Part shown: positions 38,471 through 51,410 of the stretch, in pieces
Position numbering within the stretch: the stretch's first letter is position 1
Layout of the letters: each line of letters starts with the position of its first letter
From: Octopus vulgaris
Taxonomy: Eukaryota
Length of the DNA stretch: 64,000 nt
Direction: 5' to 3'
NCBI GenBank assembly: GCA_951406725.2
Contig: OX597822.1
Coordinates: 89,590,001-89,654,000, forward strand
Notes under the pieces: generated by a model
The model's input: only the letters and a program-made list of their open reading frames with translations
What the model was told of the DNA's origin: nothing
Database searches by the model: none
Position numbers and translations under genes: made by a program

Positions 38471-39703
38471 TGTACACACACGTTTATTTTATGTCAAGTT
38501 ATACATAAAAACAATTGAACATTAATTGAAGGATCACTCAATACTTTTCTCTAGAGCACCGTATTTATTTTCACAAGGAAAAGTTTTACAATGACTTTAA
38601 AGTTTTGGTTTACTTGCAGATCGAAATTTACCTTGATTTTTTTTTATGCCGTATAATATGGTTTCATTATATATATTTTCATTTAGAAGGGTGTGTGGTG
38701 TAGTGATGTATATGAACATTAGGTGTGATGTAACCTAGTGGGGAGAAAGAAGTAATTGTATAAGAAGAGGTAAGGAGAAGAGAAAAAATAGGCATTTATA
38801 GAGTGGGATGCAGAGGTAAGGATGATAGATATATTTTTACTGGTTTCACAAAAAGAGGTTGTATTTGTATCATATAGGAACTGCTGAATGGTTATATTTA
38901 GAAGTGGTGGTGGGGATTGTTGTTTGAATACAGTTGAGCATGTATGTAAAACCAGGTGCTGCAAGTTAGATTTGTCTAGTTCATGTGGTAGATAGATTGC
39001 TTTCAGGACACAACTTGTGGGTTTTGTTAGATCTGTTTATAATTTCTTAAAAGGTTTGTTAGTGTAAGAGGTTGAAGGTAGGTGTTATGCTACTTTTAAG
39101 ATTCATACAGGAATGTTTATAAATAAACATGTGATAGTTTAGATCTATATGAGTGTACGCCAAAGATAGATCAAATTTAGGGATTAGTGTTAAAAGCTTG
39201 CTTCAAAGTGAATTTTCAATTAGCTTTTTTAATGAGATTCGGTAAATATAGATTTTCTGTTGGTGTATAGACCTACCTACGTTTCTAACAAGCATTTAGG
39301 CATACATAGAGGCAACTACACATTCATACACAAGCACATCAAACACACAAATATGTGTGCATATGTATGTATACACGCGCGTTATCATTAGTACAATCTT
39401 TGGCACGGTTTTTGTTTTGCGTTTTATGGGTGTTGTCAATTTTTCGTCCGGTAATCAATGTTTTTTTTTTTATCTCACAGTTAATGTTCCTTGGGAATTT
39501 TTCTTCTTTTGGACTAGATACAGTTTGTTTTCGTTTTTTTTTTTTTTTCTTTTGTCTCAAAAGCCAAGAATTCTAAGCAACATAGAACGAAGATTTTTAT
39601 ACACTTTTTTTTTTTAATCAGAGGTTGCAGAAATATTCACTTATTAAAAAAAAAAAAAGAAAGAAAGAAAAAACTTCTGAGACCCTCTAGGGATTAAGGG
39701 ATC

Positions 39704-40171
39704 GGCAGAATTCTGGTTATAACCCTTTATAACTTTTTTTTTAGTTTTTGGAATTTTCCGAAAATTTTTGCGAATTTGTGTTCTACACGCGGGAATTCAT
39801 ACGGTTATAGAAAAAGATGTGTAATTTAAGGGCGATTTAGCTGTTATTTTTAGCACATTTCATAACCACCTTCCCCGTTATTTTTCTCCCCGTAAACACA
39901 TCTAATGGAATGATGATGCATCCGAAGATTTTAAGCAAAAAATTCAGACTGTCCGTACTTTAAACTGATTTTTAAAGTTTCCAAAAAGAGTGGAACTCTC
40001 AGGAATTATGGGATGAGGTGGCTATGAGGGATGGGGGTGTTTAAAAATTTAGAATTCTTTTTTTCATAATCGTATGAATTCCCATGTGTAGAACACAAAT
40101 TCGCAAAAATTTTCTGAATATTCCAAAAAATGAAAAAAAAAGTTAAGGGGTGCTTAAACCAAAATTCCGCC
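39704..40171. mobile_element. MITE with ~110-bp TIRs and a near-perfect 8-bp TSD (Merlin- or hAT-like)
   Basis: GGCAGAATT... / ...AATTCCGCC termini, with arms complementary over ~110 bp. Flanks are AAGGGATC and AAGGGCTC. Confidence 0.75.
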
Positions 40172-41480
40172 AAGGGCTCTTTACACAGATTAGCATTGAG
40201 CCCTTAGGCTCGTGGGGCTTCCGACAAACCAACCCAGTGTTGCTGTACCTTAAACCGGTACTAGCTGTGACTTTGGACTATCGTCAGGTATCGCAATCCT
40301 GTGTTTTTTTCTCGGAATTAAATCCCCTCAATCATTTTAGAGCAAAATAAAAAATTGTTTACACATTTTGTAGGGTTTGCTGATTACAGTGTAAACATAA
40401 CAAAGGCCACAACTAAGAGTGATATCAAAAATGCATTCGGTGTTGTTACTAGCAAATACAGACTGTTTGCCACCAGTCATGAATATAGTAACGTGTAACG
40501 AACCACCCTTTTCTTTGTGAAGACTGTATGCTTGACCTACGATGAAGTATGACCATTTCCCCCAAAATATGACAGACAGGGTCTGTAGTGGACAATGAAG
40601 TCAAGTATATTCCTAGCAAGCAGCTTAGCTATGAAAAGAATTTTAATACAATTAATTCAAGTGTGTTGTTTAGTTTTGAACTTGAATAAAAATTTTAAGA
40701 CATTTTTTTAATGAACGCGAACGTTTATTTAAAAATTCTTTTTGGTATATACTAAACGAAAACTTAGTTTAAATATTGTATTTTTTTTTAAATCGAAATA
40801 TTTGTAGTGAAAAGAAATACCTTTATTTCAAATTAAACGCCAAATATAATTAAATCACACTTCTCTTAAAAAGGAAACATCGGATAATGTAATCGTAGAT
40901 AAATAAGATGAGACTGTCACGGATGGAAGGCATTTAGTCGTAGGTATACTCGATCAGAGCTGATGTGAGGTTATATGAACAGTAAATATGAGGCATTCAG
41001 CTTTCACTTCATTTAAGTTCTTATAAATCAAACTGCTTGATAAAAAAAATGCCAGTGACTCCTTAGAATTTATTCCTCAGTGATACTCTTTTGTGGGCAA
41101 TTAAGGATTTCAAATTTTGGTGGTAAATAAAAACATGTTTTGAAACATTAAACAGCGGATATTACATCGTGAAACACCGCTTTGTCGAAATAAAAGTGAA
41201 AGGATAAAGCTTGATAGTAATTTCGTTTAAAATTATTTGAAATTTCAGTTTCAGTTTAGAAAATAAGAAGCTAAAATAATTTCGTGCTGCTCAATTGAAT
41301 TCATTCCCTCTTGCTTTTATAATTCACTGTATTAGGTAACATGTGAATGACGGAACAATTTTGACGAACGCTAAATTCTTGAGAATAACCGAATCGGAAT
41401 GACCTAATTCTGCTGTTTTGTGGACACCTCATCGTGTGGCGACTAGTTTTCTTTGAAGTGTATGAAGTGGACGGAGAATT

Positions 41481-41534
41481 ATGGCATCGTCAAAAAATGG
41501 CACCTTAAAAGGGAAACCAGAAATTGGTATTGTG
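41481..41534 (+). CDS. HPRT: Hypoxanthine-guanine phosphoribosyltransferase, coding exon 1
   Basis: ATG in strong context (A at -3, G at +4) gives MASSKNGTLKGKPEIGIV, then GTAAGT (phase 0). The end matches human exon 1 (..SPGVV). CpG-enriched surroundings; in frame with exon 2. Confidence 0.8.
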
Positions 41535-42793
41535 GTAAGTAGATTTTGTATGGTAACCTTTCGAAATTTCATTTCTGTTTTTCTTTTATGCTTTGTATCA
41601 CGTGTAGCATGTTCTTACCTGAAATTTCCACAACGTCTAACAATCACTTAAACCATTATTTTCCTTTTACTAGATTTTACCGTGTTTTTTTTTTTTAATC
41701 TATAAAAGATCCTGCTGGTGTTGTAAAACTCAGACTTTTCATTATAATATTTGTCTGCAACTATTTAACTATTGAAAGCATAGTTCGTTTAATGGTGATG
41801 TTTTAGTGTTAGTTTCATGCAGTGTGTAATGAATGGAATGAAGTGAATTGCTTATTATAGATTTTGGTATGACGATAGGGCATTGCAATCTATCTCTATT
41901 GATAGTATCAACAAGAATATCTTCAGTCATAAATGTGTGCGAGTGTGCTATGTACTTTCTGTTTACTGTTACTCAATGTTTACGATGTTTTATTTTCAAG
42001 CCTAATTTCACCACGAGGGAATCTCGACCTGTTGGAAGTAGCAGCCAAATCTGCTTCCACTTTATCTTAAATAAAGGAGATATTTGACTAGGGGTTGTTT
42101 CTTCGTTTGTACTATAGAATATCCGATGAAAGTAATGTGCATTCAATAATGTAAGCATTAGACATTGTTAGTTTCCCTTTTAGAAAATTTGAAATGCTTA
42201 AATTTTTTTTTTAATGAAAATGTATTTACCAATGCAAGCTAAATATATTTTAGGCACGTGGTTCACATTTGACTCGAAAACCATTGAGAGAACACGTCAG
42301 TAACATTTAAAGTGTTGTTTTCATTTTTTAAGGTGGATTATATAATTCCACGTGCAGTCAACATTAATTTATACCATGATATTATCTTTCTGCTCATTTG
42401 ATTTGACAACATTTTGAGAAGGTTGGTTGAGTTAACTCAATAACTCAATCAACCTTCGCACTGATCAAAAGTGGTAAACATCCATTAATGTTATACCACC
42501 CGAAGAAATGAATCCATGAAGATGACCTACCCGATGCTCACGGGTACAACGGACTACACTAATCATCCCTGCTATCTTGAGAGACGTGTGATTTGTGGAA
42601 ACGCGCGTAGCGATGCATTAAATGTTTATAAATTCCATCCAAGAATTATTGTTATTACTATATTTATCCTACATTATATCTGTACTGCTCAATGCGACCC
42701 CAAAACCTGGTTCACCAATCAGCATAATTAGACTATGGACGGCATAATGGAATAGGAGCTTTATTTGCATATTCGAAACGTTTAGTGTGTATG

Positions 42794-42829
<36 letters not shown>

Positions 42830-42830
<1 letters not shown>

Positions 42831-43735
42831 ATAGAAGTGGAGCAAAATTAGTAACCGGGGTCAGATGTGTAATTTCTGATTTCTCGTTTACCCTCCACAT
42901 ACACCTGTTTGAAACCATTATATTGCAAGTATTACATCATCCTGGGAACTAATACTTGGTCACTATGGTTATTATTGAAGTCGAGATAGTTTCAATATAG
43001 CCAGGTGACGTATTTTTTTCAAGAAATATTTCCTCCACTTCGACCCGATTGTGATTGAGGTTGTTAATGAAATAATATCTGGATAATTTTTTGTGTTCAA
43101 TAATCAATATTCTTTTCTCTGTTGGTGTCCAAGTCAGTTTTACCCTCACTAATGTCCAATTTGATCATTTTCAAGTTTCAAGGAAAAAGTCTAAAATGGG
43201 GCAGAATGAGTAATATCTAATTTCAATAATTTCTTCATTTTAACTGCATGGTGCGTAAATATATCGGGAAGAGAATCGCACCAGCAGATCGTGCAGAAGC
43301 TTCAGATAATATATTACGTAAAGTTATTTATTTATTTCTTTGTTTTAATTTTTTAGTCTAGTTTCGTTAATTTCCTATCCTGTACCATTTTCCATGACCC
43401 TCTTTCATTTGATCTAGATATTTTAAATTTTGCATTTCTTATCATTCTGATGTTTAAGGATGGATAGTGATGTGTATGAGTCTGTTTTCAAATGTAATTT
43501 TGGAGAATTGAAGCAGCAAAATTACCTTGTCTTGTCTTACTCATTTTGCCCCAGCTTAATTTGTCATGTATATATGCTCAGAGAACGGTGATAATTTTCT
43601 GCAATAGTGTTCTGAATGTGTTATAGGTTTTAATGAATTTTTAAAAAGTCATTTGCCTAGCTTATATAGTTTTTGCAAGTTGGTGAACATTTGTAAAAAA
43701 TATATTTTGTCTCATAGTCAAAAAGGCATTAAAAA
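42830..43735. repeat. Old dispersed repeat, possibly a Tc1/mariner-type relic; its paralogue is split across 18767-18900 and 21787-22140
   Basis: 43160-43300 aligns to 18767-18900 and 43357-43735 aligns to 21787-22140. Family assignment is weak. Confidence 0.6.
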
Positions 43736-43763
43736 ACACCTCTCTCTCTCTCTCTCTCTCTCT

Positions 43764-43810
<47 letters not shown>

Positions 43811-44215
43811 TTAAAATCCTTTAAAATGTTTTAGCCCGAAGGCCGCGGCCATGCTGAGGCACCACCGATGCTCACGGATACAACTTATATATATATATAT
43901 ATATATATTATATTGCGTTCTATAACTTAGAGTGTGCTTCTTCAATCTATGTTTTGCCGACGGGATAGATATTTAACACTATACTTTTCGGATAATATAT
44001 ATATATAGGAAATTTAAAGTTATGGCCAATCATAGAGCGAACATTGGTTTCACACTTCCTAAAAAAATAAATTAAATATATTATTGCTCTAATGCTTTAG
44101 AGTGTGCTTCTTTTTCGGATATGTAAACTATTGACAGTTTATGTGTGTGTGTGAGCCGTCTAAGAGTCCATAAATCAGGAAAAAATGCACTCGTATGTCT
44201 GTCAGTTGAGTTGAT

Positions 44216-44422
44216 ATATTAATCGAAGAGTACAGTATTATATATCCATTACGACCGATCTTACGAATCGGTTTTGCACCAGGGGTTCAACGGAGTGTTA
44301 GGTAACAGTTCGATTATGTAACCCTGCGCAGGGTTACATAGTCGGACTGTTACCTAACATTCCGTTGAACAACTAGTGCGAAACCGATTCGTAAGATCGG
44401 CCGTGTACTCTTAGATTAATAT
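44216..44422. repeat. Loopless CpG-rich palindrome (77-bp core arms), probably a MITE
   Basis: Centre at 44327|44328 (CCCTGC|GCAGGG). 44251-44327 pairs with 44328-44404, and the outer arms resume after a one-sided insert. Confidence 0.92.
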
Positions 44423-47129
44423 TGGAGGTGCCCCAGCATGGCCACAGCCTCAGCGCTGAAACATATAAAAGAATAAAAATGTATATACATATACGCGTGT
44501 GTAATGTTAAGCTTAAATAATAAACCGCGATGTTATAGTAAATAGGAAATAAGTTTAGAGAAAGTGCGTCAACGAGTGTCCTATATGAATTAAATCTAAA
44601 ACCTTAAACGGAACAGTCCATTAGTAATAAAACTATTGCTATTTCTTGTCGGAAAGTGAAAGACGATTACTTTCGTTATTTTGATGGTTGGCTATTCTGT
44701 AAGAGAGTCGTTTTGTTGACAAGGTTAGCGTAATCTTCTATAAACCGTATTTATCGCTTGTCTTGTTTAATCAGTCAGTAATGATCCACCTTGTGGTGTT
44801 AGAAGATAGCTTAGCTGCTGTTTGATATGTTTAATATATTACATGAAAGGATTGCAGGCCCTATTGTAGAATATTCCAACAAAATTGTGTTGTTCTGTTT
44901 TACTTTCTGACTTGATGAGATAATGTTTAAAATTTTAAAGGACGAATCGTAATTGCAAAATTCTTTCGTTATGTAACTTCCTCATAAATTTTGCCTCCCA
45001 AAATATGACCTTCGACCACTTCAATATTCTTATTTTTAAACCATATTTGTTTTAGATTTGATATTTTAATAGATAATGATTTTATTGCTCGATTCTATCT
45101 CCAAGACTTTGTGATGTCGCTAATCAATGTCACATTCTGTCTTTCCGTTTATGAAAGAAATCAATATTTCTCCATTTTCGAACCCTGACCACTAATGCTT
45201 TTATTACAACGTTGTTTTACTGTATCTTTCTTTGGATAATTATATGTCGTTTTGTCGTCTAATGACATTTATTTTTCGATAGCTCTTTCCCTCTCATCTC
45301 TGTCCCTTTATTTACATTAGCAATCTTAGTGAAATAATAGTTGGTGCTGACCAAAGAAAAAAATTACATTGAACCTAATAGCGGTTAATTTCAGTTATAT
45401 ATATATATTTCTTTACTGCCCACAAGGGGATAAACATAGAGGGGACAAACAAGGACAGACAAAGGAGTTAAGTCGATTACATCGACCCCAGTGCGTAACT
45501 GGTACTTTATTTCAGTTATATATATGTAATTACCTTGAAATAAATTTTGTTTCAAGGAAGCTGCCTTTCTTGTGTGTGTGTGTGTGTGTATGTACAGGCA
45601 GGAAATTTGTATACATGACATTTTATACAGATACCTTTCAGACGGTCTAGATTACGAGTACAAAGAAATTTGTAGGTAAAAGGTTTTTGAAGTGGGCGGG
45701 GAGAGGAGTTTCGGGAAAACGGAGTTTCGGATCAGAACGGCCCACATAAGTCGGAACGATGGGAGGCATCTTTGTTTCCCACTCTCACATCTATCGATGT
45801 TTTTCAATATTTTTCTCCCCATAAACACATTTAATGGAATGATAATGTCAAAGTAACACACGTAGTTCATTGCTGGGATATAAACAAATTTAAAAAATTT
45901 TTAATTTTTATTCGCACTCCAACTGAGCGAGGCCGTGTATGCGCGTGTGTAAGAAAAAGTATTTTCTAACAGAAAATTATGCTATTAAAATAAATCATCT
46001 TTTGCATATCTCTTGTTAAAAATCACTCTGGATAAATCCCAACAATAATCTTCTCAGGCTTTCCAATATTTTAGAATTATGTAAACAAACAATCGGGAGC
46101 AGGGAGTGGGGATAAAAAAATCATAAAAAGTTATGAAAGGGAAAATGTTGAGTCGTATGAATTTTCCGAAACTCCTCTCCCCAACCTCTTGGAAAAAGTT
46201 TTCCCAACAAATCTTTGCATACACTCAATCTACAGGATCTAAGCCATTATTTGTTGAAAATTTCGTTAAAAAGTATCCATTTTTCTGGAAGTTATGAGGC
46301 AACAAAAGCGGGAGTATAAACATCTGTAGTTAAACTTATATAGATATATATAAATACATATATGCGTGTGTACACACACACATTATTATTATTATTATTA
46401 TCATCAACCTGTCTGTTTTTGATAATTGCTGTCAAAACAACCAATGTCATCTCTTATGTCAACAGCCATGTATGCAATTTTATCAAGATCACTTTGGTTG
46501 AGATAGTAAATTACTATTTAGACATCAGCTTCTGCTGCTCATTAAATGTGGTAAACTGATGCAAATCCCTTGGAGTCGGATGAAAAGTGAAGGAACGCAT
46601 AGTTCAAAACAAATGTAAAGCATCCTAAAATATTTTTCAGAAAACTTGTTGCACTAATAGAAAATACTTACTGAATTCGTTGAGAATGACTAAGGTTGAA
46701 GTAAAATTAAGAAATTATACCAAAATTTTGCTGTACAAAAGTTTTGAACTAGTTGTCTCTCAAACTCTGTACTTCACTGAAGTGAAAAAGGTGTAGGAAT
46801 GGGTGGGGTGGGGTAGAATGTAAACAGTTGAATTCTGGAGAGAAAGTTCTAGAATATAAGGGGGGGGATCCCAGAGGGTAAAAAAAGCCTTTTATTGTAG
46901 TCTACAGTATGAATTGCAGTGAACAAGAAATATGAATTTTAAGTTATTATTTGTGGTAAGCTGAATTTCTTTGCTTGGGAACTATTTTGGGTATATGACT
47001 TTACATTTCTTATTTAAAAGCCATATTAATTAATTTAAGTAATTTAGTAACTATGTGATGGAAAACATTATAGAAAAGAACTTGAACTTTTATTTTAGTT
47101 AAAAGTCCCACTGGCTCTCTGGAAGTTGT

Positions 47130-48530
47130 GACCTGAGAGAAATGTTGGACATAAGAAGCATAGGATGTGGCATGCTAGAGAGACGTTTGCTCTGGTATGG
47201 TCATATACTACGGATGGATGAAGAGAGATGTGTGAAGAAGTGCCACTCCCAAACAGTTGAAGGAATCCAGAGTAGCGGTAAACCCAGGAAGACATGGGAC
47301 GAGGTGGTCAAGCACGACCTTTGAACACTTGGCCTCACAGAGGCAATGACAAAGGACAGAAACTTCTGAAGATATGCTGTGACTGCAAAGACCCGGCAAA
47401 TAAAGTGAGTTCACGGCTGTATCCAGTTTCACATAACCAGCTCCAGCCCATTCAAAAGTATCTTGGATTGTAGGGTGACCTGCTGTGCTTGAGTCAAGTA
47501 CATCAACATCAAATGGAAATTGTAGTTGTGATACCCATGCCGGTGGCATGTAAAAGGCACCATCCGAATATGGCCCATGCCAGCGCCGTCTTGACTGGCT
47601 TCTGTGCCGGTGGCACATAAAAAGCACCAACTGATCATGGCTGTTGCCAGCCTCCTCTGGCCTCTGTGCCGGTGGCATGTAAAAAGCACCCACTACACTC
47701 ATGGAGTAGTTGGTGTTAGGAAGGGCATCCAGCTGTAGAAACACTGCCAGATCACACTGGAGCCTGGTGCAGCCTCCTGGCTTCCCAAACCCCAGTCGAA
47801 CCGTTCAACCCATGCTAGCATGGAAAACAGACGTTAAACGATGATGATGTAACCTAATTAGCAGTGAAGGAGGTTATACAGAAAGTGTAATTGCTAGACT
47901 AAGAATAGTTCAGAGAGCTTTTACCTTTGTTTGCAACCAAAGATTTCCCTCTTTCAATGAAGGGAAAATTGTATGATGCATGTGTACAAACTACGACACT
48001 GCATGATTGTGAGACATGGGGCCTGAATGTGGAGGACATGTGAAGGTTGGAGAGGAACAAAGCTAGCATGCTCTGCTGGGTGTGCAATGTCAGTGTGCAT
48101 GTGCAAAAGAGCATTGTTGTATTGAGAGAGTTGGGCATAAGAGGAGACTGTGCACTGGTTTGGTCATGTAATGTAGATGGATGAAGACAGCTTAAAGTGG
48201 AGGGAAGTTGTTGAAGAGGGAGGCCCAGGAAGACATGAGATGAAGTACTGAAGGTTCATCTCAAAACATTGAATCTTACAAAAGAGATAACAGGAGAAAG
48301 ATTATGTGGTGCATTGCTGTACTTAAGACCTGCCCACCGCAATAGAATTGAGATCCTAAGACTGAGGTGCCACGTAAAAAGCACTGGTGATGGTGCTAAC
48401 CACTCTGTAGAGTGGTTGGCATTAGGAAGGGCATCCAGCTGTAGAAACCAATCCAAAACAGACAATGGAACCTGGTGTGTTCCTGTCAAGTCCAATCCAT
48501 GCCATCATGAAAAATGATTCTAAATGATGA
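47130..48530 (+). mobile_element. Two adjacent RTE 3' fragments: a younger copy (47130-47849) followed by an older one
   Basis: RRLLWYGHILRM and KPRKTWDEVVKHDL, three 3' UTR units and a GAT tail at 47840; then a second decayed C-terminus and terminus. Confidence 0.88.
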
Positions 48531-49539
48531 ATGACAAACAAGTTTCTTAGTATAGTTAAAACAAAATGGATTTGTAGATATAAGGCTTTTCAATTTTAAT
48601 TTAGTTGGTTGAGCAACACCTACAATCTTTTGAAGTCCCTGCCAAACTTAGGACAATCCAGTTGATATTCAGGCTCTGCAGAGTGATGCTTGCAGAAAAA
48701 AAATGGGCGTGGGATGATTCCCAAAGGCCGAAAGTTGTGAGGAAGAATGATAGGGTTGGTATTTTGTGCATTGTTTGGAGAGGGTATGATTCATGGTAAA
48801 AATAGAAAATCAAAACTAAAATATTTTCAAATTTGCAATTTCGGCAATGTTATAGTTGTGGGGTTGTCATCAGAAAGTATAAAGGATTTTGAAGTCAAGA
48901 ATTTGTATTGACTTTGAAGCTTTCAGTTGGAGTGCAAGTTTGCTTCCTTGATATTGGGACACTAACAGACTTGTTAACATTTTGTTTAGTTGATTATGGT
49001 AACTAGATCTTTTTTCCTGCATTTGGAGGAAGGGGCAGTGATCATGACCTTCACAGATCTTCCAAGATTGATGAGATTGATGTCAGTTAATCCTCATGAA
49101 TTTTTGCAAGTCAACATCTGCAAGAAAAACACAAGCTAGAGGGGAATTCTAGAGGACCAATATTCTGGGAAAGAAGATCAGGGCATGGGGGCAGGTGTTG
49201 AGTGGACACAACAAGGGTAATAGAAAGGAGAAACGGGTGAGTCAAGAATCTTGAGTAGAAGTGGTTTGAGCCCAGCCAGCTCCATGGGGAAGAAGCTATT
49301 ATAGTAGTAGCAAAAGAGGCTTAAGCATATCTGTGAGTTACTCCTCAGTGAAACCATCCAACCAATGCCGGCATGAAAAGCGGATGTTAAACAATGATGA
49401 TGATGACTTCATGTCAGTCATTTGGGTGGCCTTTTCTGGATGCAGTCTAAAATGTTTGTGTGTGCAGCAGAACAAGTGTCCCCGATATGAAAGCAATGTT
49501 CCACCTGAGCTTTGTAGAGTATTAGTAATTGTTAGGGGC

Positions 49540-49900
49540 TGAAGTATGTTCTGGCAGTTAAGAGATGGGCTTGTCATTGAGATGTAATCGTGGCTATATC
49601 GAGGATGTACTTTTGCGAAGAGAGATCCTTGTTAATAGTTAAACCCAACAGTTGAAGCAATTATGAGGATTCTAATTGCAAGCTGCTCCTGATTCAAGAG
49701 GAGTATGATACAATGTTTTCTTGATGTGAGTTCATTTTCTTGCTGTTGAAAGAGTCAAGATTGACGTTCCCATTGGAAGATGGTTTGAAGGCCTCTGTTC
49801 ATGGAATCACTCAATGTTGGTTTGGTGTGTGGTGTCTAGCTTGCATGTAGGTGGTGTATGGTTGGAGAACATTATGCAAGATCTTGAAGGACAATGTTTT
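49540..49900 (-). mobile_element. Very degenerate CR1/Jockey-group LINE relic
   Basis: The minus strand gives LGLTINKDLSSQKYILDIA and a decayed W..N...FNSKK segment upstream. Weak evidence. Confidence 0.4.
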
Positions 49901-50584
49901 GGAATATTCTCTTTACATTTTATCTTTTTGTAGATAGTATAGCTGTGGAGAAAAGGTTACTGTTTGGGTGATAAGTCTCTTGTTAACTGTTTGCTTGAAA
50001 ATCATCAGCATGTGTATTTTCTTTGTTTCATATATTGGACAAATTTTAAAAAAAGCAGCATTTTATCTGGATTGAACACAAATTTGAATAGCTTTCTCTT
50101 TTCCTCTGATAAGTTCTTCAGAGAATTTTTGGTTTTATCAGCTCTACTTTTTCATAGAATTTGGTTGTGTTTTATTTTTATGACTGGATGAGGGTTTTTC
50201 TTATCAATTTTCACTATGGTGTGGACCAAGTGTGCTTATCATGAAACCAGCACTAAAGACATAATCAGTGGGCCCTGGAGCTTTCGTTATTCTATTTTAG
50301 CCAGACCAGTTGTGGTTACTGTAGACATACTGTGGAAATACTTCTTTCAAGTACTTTTTACTGTAGTTGTTAATCGAACAAAGAATTATTTATCTATTTG
50401 TTAGAAAAATTTTGTATTTACACTTGATTTTATATACTGTCACTCAAAAGAGTTAAATGGTAACAGAATTAACTTTGTGAATAAAAATATCAGCTGTATT
50501 AACACATATACTCCTTCAAGAGTCCAGAAAACAATTTGTGGAATATTTTGAAGAACTCTTTAAACAGTTATAATTTTATAACAA

Positions 50585-50736
50585 GGAGTGGTTGGCGTTA
50601 GGAAGGGCATCCAGCTGTAGAAACACTGCCAGATCAGACTGGGCCTGGTGCAGCCTTCTGGCTTCCCAGACCCCAGTTGAACCATCCAACCCATGCTAGC
50701 ATGGAAAGCGGACGTTAAACAATGATGATGATGATG
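50585..50736 (+). mobile_element. 150-bp RTE 3' terminus (young, heavily 5'-truncated); a similar tip lies at 55947-56040
   Basis: Near-identical to 9797-9955. Confidence 0.92.
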
Positions 50737-51185
50737 TAATAAGTTTTGTAGCTAAGTTTGATTTTACTTGCAAGTTTTACTATTGGACAAATCATAGACT
50801 TGATTTAAAATGCTGAAGACAGTATTCTTGAGAGAATTCATAAAATATTCTGTAATTGTTGTTGTTCAGCTCTAGGTTAACCATGATGAATATGATCTAT
50901 AATCATTGTTATTCCAACTGTGATTATCCCATCTTTTTCTACAGGCATATATAAGGTAGCAATATCCATTGCCTTTTTTGGTTTATATAGTTGGGTGTTA
51001 TTTGATAAAGATTTACAATTAGTTAAACAATCACATCAAGGTTTGGTTTGAGCTTTCCAATAATTGATATGTCATAATAACAAATTGAAACATACAAAAT
51101 AGCTTTTGAACTAATTTTTAATTTGGATTTTTTTTTCCTATTTATAATTCCTGGCATTATGCAAACAAATTGTATCAGTGATAAA

Positions 51186-51410
51186 CCCTTTAGTATTCAG
51201 ATTTCTTTATCAAATGTTAAACTTATTTATTCACATTGTTTTGAATTTATTAGGCATTGTCTTGTAGCTTTGAGAGTTCAATAATGTGATAGTTGCATTC
51301 TTAGAATGAGATTGTAGAGTAGGTGTGAGGGAGAGATCTGCTCTTGTTGGTTTGAACATAAAACAGATAAAATACTTGGGTCATATACGGCCGGTTTAAA
51401 TGCTAAAGGG
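51186..51410. mobile_element. piggyBac-type MITE
   Basis: TIRs CCCTTTAGTATT...AATGCTAAAGGG. Flanks TAAA and TTCA are each one change from TTAA. Confidence 0.65.

Noticed and set aside
38700-39330. Possible decayed Penelope-like endonuclease region on the minus strand
   Set aside because: Only compositional hints and one weak KLC motif; not supportable without a profile search.
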